From: Eledone cirrhosa
Taxonomy: Eukaryota
Assembly: GCA_964016885.1 (NCBI GenBank)
Contig: OZ024752.1
Span: 26,164,001 to 26,228,000 of the forward strand
Direction of reading: 5' to 3'
Length of the DNA stretch: 64,000 nt
Positions 14,311 through 24,488 of this stretch are shown here, piece by piece. The number at the start of each line of letters is the position of its first letter. Position 1 is the stretch's first letter. The position numbers were made by a program, and so were the translations under genes. The notes beneath the pieces were generated by a model, which worked only from the letters and a program-made list of their open reading frames with translations, searched no databases and was not told where the DNA came from.

Positions 14311-14371
<61 letters not shown>

Positions 14372-14373
<2 letters not shown>

Positions 14374-14806
14374 GTAGAAGTTCTATTTAAATTGTTGGTA
14401 TACAACAAGCAAATATTTTTATAACTGATATAAAGCATTCAACAAATTATTGGAGTAAAAATACGATATATTAACAAATGGAAACTATATTTATAAAACC
14501 ATATTTATTTCATTATACATATTTCAAGGACACCAAGTTAAATTATGGTGTGCTTTCATCAGATAAAATATAATATAGATCAGTTTTATAAATAAATATT
14601 GACATACCCTTAAAGAATGCGACCATTTCTGTTGGAAGCTAAATGGGCGCATTCTTTAAGGGTATGTCAATATTTATTTATAAAACTGATCTATATTATA
14701 TTTTATCTGATGAAAGCACACCATAATTTAACTTGGTGTCCTTGAAATATGTATAATGAAATAAATATGGTTTTATAAATACAGTTTCCATTTGTTAATA
14801 TATCGT
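14372..14806. mobile_element. PLE-type fold-back with an HHR in both arms
   Basis: 14461-14620 is the reverse complement of 14648-14807. HHR on plus at 14701-14761 (TTTTAT-CTGATGA...GAAA-TATGTA-TA-ATGAAA). (TA)n flanks. Confidence 0.85.
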
Positions 14807-14835
14807 ATATATATATATATATATTTGTATATATA

Positions 14836-14961
14836 CAGGGTATCCCGAAAAAAATGGATATACATATTTATTAGAATGCTGTTAAAAGTATGCATCAAAT
14901 ATTGAGTTATAAACTAGAAATATTCTTTTAAGGTATGTATACATTTTTTGGGGACACCCTG
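14836..14961. mobile_element. Tc1/mariner-type MITE
   Basis: Imperfect TIRs beginning CAGGGTATCCC and ending GGGACACCCTG, with TA on the left. Confidence 0.7.
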
Positions 14962-14984
14962 TGTAGATATATATATATTATAAA

Positions 14985-15278
14985 ATTAACGAAGATCGCT
15001 GGTATTAAGTCACTGATCTCCGGTCAACGTCTAGCTCACTCAATGAATCTGCCGAATTGCAGTAATGCTGTTGCAATCAACTGTTTGGAGTGCACATAGT
15101 TATTTAATAGCAGATACGGTGGCTGTTTCAACAGCTAGTTCCGTATTCAGCAGTTGAAACGGCAAGAGCTCAGCCGTCAGGTCCCGATTCTTTATAATAT
15201 AGCCATACTCTACTACCCCAAGTATCGAGTACTCTGATGAGTAATGGTCTAACTAGTTTTAAACTGGTTCTATCCTGA
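14985..15278 (+). mobile_element. Diverged PLE terminal fragment of the GAAACGGC..GCCGTC family
   Basis: GAAACGGCAAGAGCTCAGCCGTC at about 15156-15178. The tail matches the reverse complement of 44679-44760. Confidence 0.6.
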
Positions 15279-15290
15279 TATATATACATA

Positions 15291-15449
15291 CCGTATTTCC
15301 CGGCGCCGAAGACGCTTCGTCCTCGATGATGGACAATTTTGACAGTCAAAAATTTGAAAAAAAAAATAATAAACAACCTTCTGCCTCTAGGACGCATGGT
15401 AGATTTTTGAGACTCATTTTAGGATAAAAGTAGCGTCTTTCACGCCTGG

Positions 15450-15452
<3 letters not shown>
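15291..15452. mobile_element. pogo/Tc2-like MITE
   Basis: TA-CCGTATTTCCCGGCGCCGAAGACGC ... GCGTCTTTCACGCCTGGAAATA form imperfect TIRs. Confidence 0.6.
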
Positions 15453-16112
<660 letters not shown>

Positions 16113-16115
<3 letters not shown>

Positions 16116-16270
16116 CAAAAACAATAACAAAGTGTGCAGTACGAACAGTGTTGGTATTAGGTTCACGCTTGAGAGTGGGGTATGGGGGACGACGTTTCGG
16201 GCATAAGCCCTTCATCAGGAGAAAGGTGGGAAGGAAAAGAGTTCGAGGGGGTGTGAGGGGGAGTGGTGAA
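16113..16270 (-). mobile_element. PLE-like terminal fragment with a minimal HHR core; related copies at 54012-54190 and 36475-36580
   Basis: Minus strand CTGATGAAGGGCTTATGCCCGAAACGTC at about 16191-16218. GGTATTAGGTTCACG is shared with about 54059. Confidence 0.65.
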
Positions 16271-16354
16271 AGTCATTAAAATGGAGGTGGGGAATTAAAA
16301 TGAAGGAAAACAATTAAAATGAGGGAAAAAAAATTAAATTGAAAACAAGTGGTG

Positions 16355-16695
16355 AAAGGGTGTGGTATATATAAGTTCATTTCGCAATCATTAGGTCCCA
16401 GATTCGATCCCGCTGCGTGTAATCTTGAGAAAGTGTCATTTACCATAACCTTAGATCGACCCTAGTGAGTGAAATGGAGTAGGGGTAAATTGTTTGGAAT
16501 GTTGTTTTATGGACTGCACCTGTAATCTGAAGGACCTGCTTTGTCACATCCAGCGTTACGATGTACCTGTCTGGAAATTACGTATTGGACACAGATGTCT
16601 GAAGAATGCTCAGTCACTTACAGATTAATTTCATAGCAGGCTTTTCGATGGATAAAATAACTGGAATACTCATCGTCAAAACAGACAGAGGTCCA
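16355..16695 (+). mobile_element. Diverged tRNA-derived SINE (family of 41782-42020 and 46904-47150)
   Basis: B-box-like GATTCGATCCC. The 3' part resembles the reverse complement of 41785-41960. Confidence 0.55.
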
Positions 16696-16863
16696 GTCCA
16701 TTCCATTCCTTGTTTATATTAATATCATCGAACTTTTATTTCTGAGTCTTTTGTAACTGTTGTTTCTACTTTCGTATAATAACTATTACACCATCTACAT
16801 ATATTGGCCCTTGCAAACATATATACATATATGTGTGTGTGTGTGTCTGAGTGTGTATCTGTA

Positions 16864-16906
<43 letters not shown>

Positions 16907-17002
16907 ATCTATATGTGTGGGTGTGTTTGTGTATGTGCGTGTGTATGAATGAATATATACATATATATTTTTTTATATATATATACATATATACGTGCAT
17001 GT

Positions 17003-17043
<41 letters not shown>

Positions 17044-17415
17044 TCTAACACGTATCCCTTAGCCACCCGCCAAATGCTGGTATATTTTTTGTTTTCGCTA
17101 ATGCAAACTTTACTTGTGGGTGGTAGGAGGTTGGTGGGGGTCGTGGATAGCGAAATATGTCAGTGGAATTTATATTTTCATGAGAAAAAAATATCTTTGT
17201 AAAAATACATAAGCCTAGTTTGTTTGAGTGTGTGTGTGTTGGGGGGGAAGTGTGTGTGTGTGTGTTGGGGGGGGGGGGTGTACTCCAGCATCTCTGTACA
17301 CAAAATACTCGCGCTCATACACCCCAACCTCATTTGTAGATGTCTTGTGAACATATACAAACGCACACACATATACAATCATCCATACGTATATATATAT
17401 ATATGTGTGTGTGTT

Positions 17416-17618
17416 AGGTATTTCCGTAGAAAAGGTAACGGAAAGAAGGGTGCTCTATGAATAATAGTACAGAGCTATTTAATTACATAATAAACAACAC
17501 AATATAATTATTCCATTAACTATTTCGTCTGATGAACGAGCTGGACGTTTCTGTAAGTATCGTCTAGTTTCTTGAAACCTTTGGTAATGGAATAATTCTA
17601 TTGTGTTGTTTATTATGT
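17416..17618. mobile_element. PLE fold-back whose loop is a hammerhead (17523-17592, plus)
   Basis: TTTCGT-CTGATGA-GAGCTGGACG..CGTCTAGTTT-GAAA-CC(ttt)GG-TA-ATGGAA. The flanks are mutually complementary. Confidence 0.8.
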
Positions 17619-18555
17619 GATATATATATATATATGTTTAAATATATACTTTTACTATTTTAATAACCTCTGTCATTTTCGTTTAACAGCTTTATTTAAA
17701 CTCCGGAGCTGGAAATCATTCAGTTATTCTAAATAAAATATTAGTCTAACGACTACATTTATACCATAAATGTGTTTTTGTCTTTGCAAGAAATTGTTCT
17801 CCTCACTCCACATAACGATGTATTTATCCTTGCTTTTTTCCGTTCATTGCCAGGGAACGTCTTCATGAACCAAAGTATCGTCTTCCTGTTTTCCTTCGGT
17901 TGCAACGTTTTTCGAAATATTTACTTCTGCGTCCACAGATTGATTTTTTTCAGTTTCAGAAGATCCCGTTAAGAGTGAAAGCAGCGATTCTTTGCTTAAA
18001 CTTTAATCTGTTCTTCTTATATATATTCCTCCTTCTTCCCGTTTGACCTGTGCGTAATTCTTTTCTTTCGCACGCTTGGCCAGGCCGGTCGGTATTTTTT
18101 CTCTCTCGTCTACGATTTCACAGAACTTATGTTTACCGAATTCACAGACTAGACCCCTTCTTCTTCCCGTTAGACCTGTGCGAAATTCCTTTCTTGCTCA
18201 CATTTCAACCAGGTTTGATGGTCTTTATTCTCTCTCGTTCACGATTTCACCGAATTTAAATTCATGGAAATTTGGGACTTGACTCCTTCTTCCTCACTTT
18301 TCGTTGCTTCACCATTTTTGTTTGTTTACACTCATGTCCCCTTTATTTACGTGTCCCAACGACTTTTTTTAGCCGTTGCTCGCACCAACCGGAGGTATAT
18401 TGTCTTTAAAGCGATGAAATACCAATGATGGTTGGAAGATCACTGATGAAGGACTAATTTTATGCATATATATATATATATATAAACGACAACAGAAGGC
18501 CGGACAGGAAGATAAGCTTTAAATTTAAATTCCATGAAATCATTATACATATTTC

Positions 18556-18849
18556 CATGGTCCAGCTCCATCACCCAACTATGATACAAGACAGGACGGT
18601 CTCATCAGGCAACCTCGACAGAATTACATAACAGGGTTACATTGAAGAGAGGGCAAAGAGAATAGGAAATTGAAAAATGAAAATTCGGTCCGGGGACTGC
18701 CTGTAAAAGACTGTTGTATTGTCAGCCACCGAATTTTCATGTTTCAATTTCCTATTCCATTTTGGGTTCAACGTAACCCCGTTATGTAATTCTATCGAGG
18801 TTTCCTGATGCGGTCGTCCTGTCTTGTATGGTGATGGAGCTGGACCATG
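18556..18849. mobile_element. Fold-back with arms of about 90 bp and a spacer of about 115 bp
   Basis: CATGGTCCAGCTCCATCACC...GTTACATTGAA is the approximate reverse complement of TTCAACGTAAC...GGTGATGGAGCTGGACCATG. CTGATGA lies on minus near 18602-18608. Confidence 0.7.
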
Positions 18850-19602
18850 CGCCAACCACTAGATATCATATCTACGATGGATGACTTGCGTAATGTCCAG
18901 TGCTTTGCTATATTTCTTACATCACCAGAACCACCAGTTCGACGCTTTGGTGATCAAAATAACTTAAAAAGTATATATATGTGTGTGTGTTGTGTTTATA
19001 TATATATATTTTTTTTTTTTTCTGATGAGGACGTACTGGTGAAACAGCACAGTACCTCTGAAATATATAGAATGAAATATATTTGATCACATGAATGTCT
19101 ATATTTATTAATATATATATATATTAATAAAAGGAATTCCAACTTTGTCTGATTTACTCGTTTTATTTACAATCCTTTAAAATTTATAATGGTATTAGAA
19201 TGAAATAGTATGGTAGAATATTAAATGTTAAGTGTTAATTGAACAAGTACTTTCATGCTTTCGCAATCTTCAGGTTCATATTCTGTGGTGACAGTCAAGT
19301 ATGCAATTATATAATTAATCGTTTTTGATTTTACTAAACTCTGATGATTCCTATGGTTGTGCTAAATAATAACAAATTGTTGGATAAAATAAGTTGCTGT
19401 CTGAGGTATATTCTAATGGGAAGAAACAATTGTGAGTAATTAAATGTCTTAAACTTCTAATTTTGGTTTATATGTACATTAAAATTATATATTAGCTCTG
19501 CTTGATCCTATCACAGCATTGAGCTAAGATATACCGAGTAAATGAGTAAAACCTATTCTTTACTCTCATTATATATATATACATATTATATATAATGAAG
19601 AT

Positions 19603-19786
19603 GTGGATTGGCAGTATCGGTAGAGAGTCGGACACCATGCTTTGAAGCATAGAGTTACGTCGCTTTATGATCTGAGTTCAAATCCCGCCGAGGTTAACTT
19701 TGCCTTTCATCCTTATGGGGTCGATAAAATAAAGTACCAGTAATGTACTGAGTAATTGCTGGCCTTGTGCCTAAAATAGAAACAAT

Positions 19787-19787
<1 letters not shown>
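19603..19787 (+). mobile_element. tRNA-derived Nin-type SINE
   Basis: Full copy with A and B boxes and tail CCTTGTGCCTAAAATAGAAACAATT. Confidence 0.9.
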
Positions 19788-19820
<33 letters not shown>

Positions 19821-19937
19821 TATATATGTGTGTGTGTGTGTGTCTGTCTGTCTGTCTGTATATATATCTATGTAATATATGTGTGTCTGTGTATATATAT
19901 ATACATATGTATATATATATATATATATACATAAATG

Positions 19938-19997
<60 letters not shown>

Positions 19998-20028
19998 TAT
20001 ATATGTATATATACATATATATATATAT

Positions 20029-20079
<51 letters not shown>

Positions 20080-20096
20080 CATATATGTATATATAC

Positions 20097-20132
<36 letters not shown>

Positions 20133-20302
20133 TTACATATATTTATATATATATATATATGTACATATATATATATGCGCAAACATTTACTTTAAAGAGC
20201 AAATACCTTACATTCACATGTACATATGACTAAATAGCTATATAGTTCTTCACTCCACACATACTCACAAACACACACTTATGTACACATACACACGCAT
20301 AC

Positions 20303-20354
<52 letters not shown>

Positions 20355-20709
20355 ATATATGTGCGTGTGTGTGTATGCATATATACACACACACACATAT
20401 ACACATATATATATATGTATATATATATACACTACCTTTTCTTGCTAATAAAATATGTATATGTTAGTGCCTGAGTGTTTGTGTGTGTATGTGTATTTGC
20501 GTTAATGTGTGCGTTTGTGTATATTATTCTGTGTAGACAAACGTATATATAAACTGGTGTATATTCATACGCTCGGTAATACATGTGTGTACATACACAT
20601 ATACATACATAAATACATACGTGTATACATACATACATACATACATGATGGCTGCCCCCTCGTTATCGAGTATGGCCATTGCACAATTAAAAAAAAAAAA
20701 AAAAAAAAA

Positions 20710-20759
<50 letters not shown>

Positions 20760-21033
20760 TAATAATAATGATTTCTTTATTAACCACAAGGGTTTACATA
20801 AAGTAGACATTAAGGACAGTGCAGGACAATGCAGGACGGTACAAATGGGCATTTCTGCGTGTAAAAAAAACAAAAATAGAGGATGTAACAAAAATAACAA
20901 TGAAAATAACAATGAAAAATTCCCCAATAGGGGGGGAGACTTCGGAGGGACATTTGTGGAGAAAGCCCAGTAAAAAGCCACAATGACCCTGACCACCAAG
21001 GCAAGTGCCCTCTCCCAGTTTTCCACCTTTAGT

Positions 21034-24000
21034 TTACAGATATATACTCAGAGTCGGCCCATTCACTCGGGCCATTCTTGCTTCTCTCACCCATCTTTCA
21101 ACAAAATGCTGGGAAGAGAGCACTTCCTTCTCTACTCTGATTTTCCTTTTCAAATGAAATTTGAAAAAGTCAATCAGAGCATCACCGAAGAGGTAAGTGC
21201 TCGTCTTCAGCCCTTTCAAACGTGTCCACCATACTATCTCTTTCGCCATGGCCACCAGACAGATGAAAACTGCCTGCCCTTCCCGGCTAAAGGAGGAGGG
21301 CGGGGCAATCCTCACGATAGACTCAGATGATAGCTGGATCCGTCCTAAACGCGACAGCAGGTGTTCGACATAAACCCACAAGTCAGCAATTTTCGGACAC
21401 TGGACGAGTGCGTGCAGGACGGTTTCGTCGCCCTGCGCGCATCTCGGACATGCCCGGCTGACGGCACCTCCATGCCTGTAGAGTTTATCCCGAACTGGCA
21501 AGGCTCCTCGGTAGCACTGCCAGGCCAGAGATTTCTGGAAGTTGTCCATAGGCCCCGGCCCGAAGGTTCTTCCGAAGAGATTGGCTAGTTGATTTTCGTC
21601 GACGCCTAGAGTTTCCCCAAGTACGTCGTCGCTCTTCCCCTCCACTAATCCTCTATAGAACGCCGAGGTGGAGTTTCCACCGATCACATTGCCCGATTGG
21701 TCGAGGGCTGTGAGCGCCTGAAGACATTCCAGTCTCCAGGCGCTCCCTCTCGGTCTTCGCTTGACCCAGGACTGCAGCTCCGTCAAGGAAACGAGCTGGG
21801 GAAAAACGCGTCTAGCAAACGGCGACCACACCTGATCACCGTCGAGGAAGAGGTGGAGATGTCGTAGCCTGAGCGCGTGCCTGCGCATCATCAGCCACGG
21901 CATGCCCAGCCCTCCACGTAGCGGGTGTTGACAACAGATGGACCGCCTGACCATCGGAGCACGTCCCTTCCACAAAAAGCGAAAGAGCAAACGCTCCAGC
22001 GCAGTCAGGCGAGGCTTAGGACAAGGTACGACGGTTAGGCGGTAGCAGATGACAGACGCGATGTACGCGTTAGCCACCTCCGCTCGACCTTTCAGGGATA
22101 GCTTCCTCTCCGCCCATTTCTGGGTGAGAGAAGCCACCCTGCTCGTCACCTCGTCCCAGTTTTTGTCCGTCTGGAGGTCCGGACCGAACCAGACCCCTAG
22201 CAATTTAACCGGTCCGTCCGTCCAGCGCCCGACGACGCTGTTGGACGGCATGGACCTGCCTCTCCAGGTGCCGAGCTGCAGGCCCACTGACTTTTCCTGG
22301 TTGATCATTGCTCCTGTCACCGCTTCGTATTCTCTTAGTGTAGTGCCGATCGCCTCGATGTGTTTGGCGTTCGACACCACTACGGTGACATCGTCCGCAT
22401 ATGCTGACACGGATCTTCCGCATCCTAGTTCGCGCGGGACTCCCCTCAACGTCTCCAGTTTGTGCAGTAATGGCTCGAGAGTCAATACGTACAAGAGGGA
22501 CGAGAGGGGACATCCTTGGCGGACCGAGCGCATGATGTTGAACGGTTCCGACAGGTGACCGTTCACTCTCACCACAGAGCAGATGTCGCTGTGCATGGCA
22601 GCGATCCAGCCTCTGAAGACGGGCCCAAAGCCAGCCGCCCTCAGGACTGCCGCTAGGTAACGATGGTCGACCCTATCGAAAGCTTTCGACTGATCTAAAT
22701 TGATCAAGGACCCACCCGTGCCAGGTTCCCTAGCTACCCTCTCTACGATGTATCGCATGAGGTGGAGGTTGTCGTGGATGGATCTGTCGGGAATGGCGCA
22801 TGTCTGCGCCTCTCCCACCAGACCACCAACGACAAGCGCCAACCTCTTTGCTAGCACCTTGGCCAAAATCTTAAACTCTGTGTTTAGCAGAGTTATGGGC
22901 CGGAAATTGTCTATGTTATCCCCCTTGTTCGGATCCTTTCTCAGCAGTGCCACCGCTCCTCGGCTCACAGAACTGGGAATTCTCCCGTTCTGTTGCCAGT
23001 TGCAGTAGACGTCCGCCAAGAGGCCTCCGAACAAGTCTGGCATCTGTACGTAAAGTTCATAGGGCAGACCATCCAAACCAGGCGATTTACCCCTTGTGCA
23101 GCCAGTCATTGCCTCCCTTACTTCAGCGGCTGTTATCGGCTTTTCGCAACACTTCGCCTCAGTGGCCGAGAGCCGCGGCAGTCCGTCGAGGTAGACACTA
23201 AAGTCCATCCCTCTACCCGGCCCCCCGCTGCCCCCGAACAGCTGAGCGAAGTGTCGCTGAAAAGCTTCACACATTTGCCCGGGATCGAGTAGCATGCGCC
23301 CGTCGTGGTCCACCAAAGACCGGATCGTGGCTTTGTTGCCACGACGCGCCTCCGCCACTCGGGCCCATTGAACGGCTTTCGTCCCCTCGTGTCTGAGAGC
23401 ACGCACCCTAGCTCTGACAACGCAGCCTTCGTGCTTTGCATTGAAGAATTGGTCAAGGGCCAATTTCGCCGCAAGCACGTCGGTCGCAATGCCTTTGCTA
23501 AGCGCCTCGTCTAATTTTCTAACTAGTTCTCCCTCTGCTCTATTTTTCTCTATTGCTAAAGCCTTACTAAACCTAATCGATTCTATTCTAATCGCTCTTT
23601 TCAGAGCAAACCACCACTTGTTGTTGACGATGGCCCCCGTCAACGCCCGCTTAACTAGTTCGCTAATCCGGTCTCTGTAGGCCTTGCGCGCTGGTAAGGA
23701 CGCGTTTAGCTTCCAGTAGCCGGGTCCTCGTCTATGAAGCCTATCTAAGTCAAGCACACAGATCACGAATTTGTGGTCCGTGTAGCTGACTATCTTGAAT
23801 TGTGGACAGCCTATGCTAGACCTATCTATTTCCCTACAAAATACTCTATCTAGATATGATCTGGATGACCCTATGCGGTTTGTCCAAGTCCACATTGGCA
23901 CATTCGGGAAATCCAATCGGTACCTGTCAGACAGTTCAAAACGCCTGAGCAGGTTGGTGAGGCTCTTGCACCCTCCACCCCTATCCGCTAATCCCACACA

Positions 24001-24453
24001 GTCCCAGCGTGCATCTAAGATCCCGTTCCAGTCGCCCACTAACACTAAAGAGCGCGACGTTCCAAGAAAGGTCTCCAGACGCCGGAAGAAATCAGGCCGC
24101 CCTGCTCCTGTCGGGGCATAGACGGCCACTAGCCTGAAAGCTTGCCCGTCTCCGCTGGTCACGTCCAGCACCACCAGCTTACCCTCTGGGTCCAGGAAGA
24201 TGGCCCGTATGGCGAGATCCAAACCTCTCCGAAAAAGCACAGCAACTCCTCCACCCGATCCAGGACGGCTGGGAGATGCGTACACATCGTAGCCGCCGAA
24301 GATCGGTGCGAAGGCCCGTGCTTCGGAGATTCTGGTCTCGCTGATGGCCACTACATCTATGTTTAGTGACCTGAGGTCGTTGAGCAGGTGACCCTGCTTC
24401 CATGACGACCCCAAGCCACGCGCATTTATGCTGCCTATTCTGAGTGAGGTCAT
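21034..24453 (-). CDS. ORF2: APE endonuclease, reverse transcriptase and C-terminal Cys/His knuckle (L1-Tx1), 1139 aa
   Basis: APE motifs INARGL, ISET, VYAP, GDWN, SYLDR and YTDH. RT motifs KSPGLDG, RPITLLN, DQSKAFDRV, RQGCPLS and YADD. C-terminal CPRCx8HALVQC. Confidence 0.97.
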   Translation of the reverse strand: MTSLRIGSINARGLGSSWKQGHLLNDLRSLNIDVVAISETRISEARAFAPIFGGYDVYASPSRPGSGGGVAVLFRRGLDLAIRAIFLDPEGKLVVLDVTSGDGQAFRLVAVYAPTGAGRPDFFRRLETFLGTSRSLVLVGDWNGILDARWDCVGLADRGGGCKSLTNLLRRFELSDRYRLDFPNVPMWTWTNRIGSSRSYLDRVFCREIDRSSIGCPQFKIVSYTDHKFVICVLDLDRLHRRGPGYWKLNASLPARKAYRDRISELVKRALTGAIVNNKWWFALKRAIRIESIRFSKALAIEKNRAEGELVRKLDEALSKGIATDVLAAKLALDQFFNAKHEGCVVRARVRALRHEGTKAVQWARVAEARRGNKATIRSLVDHDGRMLLDPGQMCEAFQRHFAQLFGGSGGPGRGMDFSVYLDGLPRLSATEAKCCEKPITAAEVREAMTGCTRGKSPGLDGLPYELYVQMPDLFGGLLADVYCNWQQNGRIPSSVSRGAVALLRKDPNKGDNIDNFRPITLLNTEFKILAKVLAKRLALVVGGLVGEAQTCAIPDRSIHDNLHLMRYIVERVAREPGTGGSLINLDQSKAFDRVDHRYLAAVLRAAGFGPVFRGWIAAMHSDICSVVRVNGHLSEPFNIMRSVRQGCPLSSLLYVLTLEPLLHKLETLRGVPRELGCGRSVSAYADDVTVVVSNAKHIEAIGTTLREYEAVTGAMINQEKSVGLQLGTWRGRSMPSNSVVGRWTDGPVKLLGVWFGPDLQTDKNWDEVTSRVASLTQKWAERKLSLKGRAEVANAYIASVICYRLTVVPCPKPRLTALERLLFRFLWKGRAPMVRRSICCQHPLRGGLGMPWLMMRRHALRLRHLHLFLDGDQVWSPFARRVFPQLVSLTELQSWVKRRPRGSAWRLECLQALTALDQSGNVIGGNSTSAFYRGLVEGKSDDVLGETLGVDENQLANLFGRTFGPGPMDNFQKSLAWQCYRGALPVRDKLYRHGGAVSRACPRCAQGDETVLHALVQCPKIADLWVYVEHLLSRLGRIQLSSESIVRIAPPSSFSREGQAVFICLVAMAKEIVWWTRLKGLKTSTYLFGDALIDFFKFHLKRKIRVEKEVLSSQHFVERWVREARMARVNGPTLSIYL

Positions 24454-24488
24454 GTTTAAAATAGAGTGGAAAAGATGGGAAAGACCAC

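Larger units (their letters stand above)
12682..14317 (+). repeat. Tandem array of a 470-bp unit, about 3.5 copies (retrozyme-like)
   Basis: Units start at 12682, 13152, 13622 and 14092 and differ at only a handful of sites. The array ends directly in (TA)n. Confidence 0.95.
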
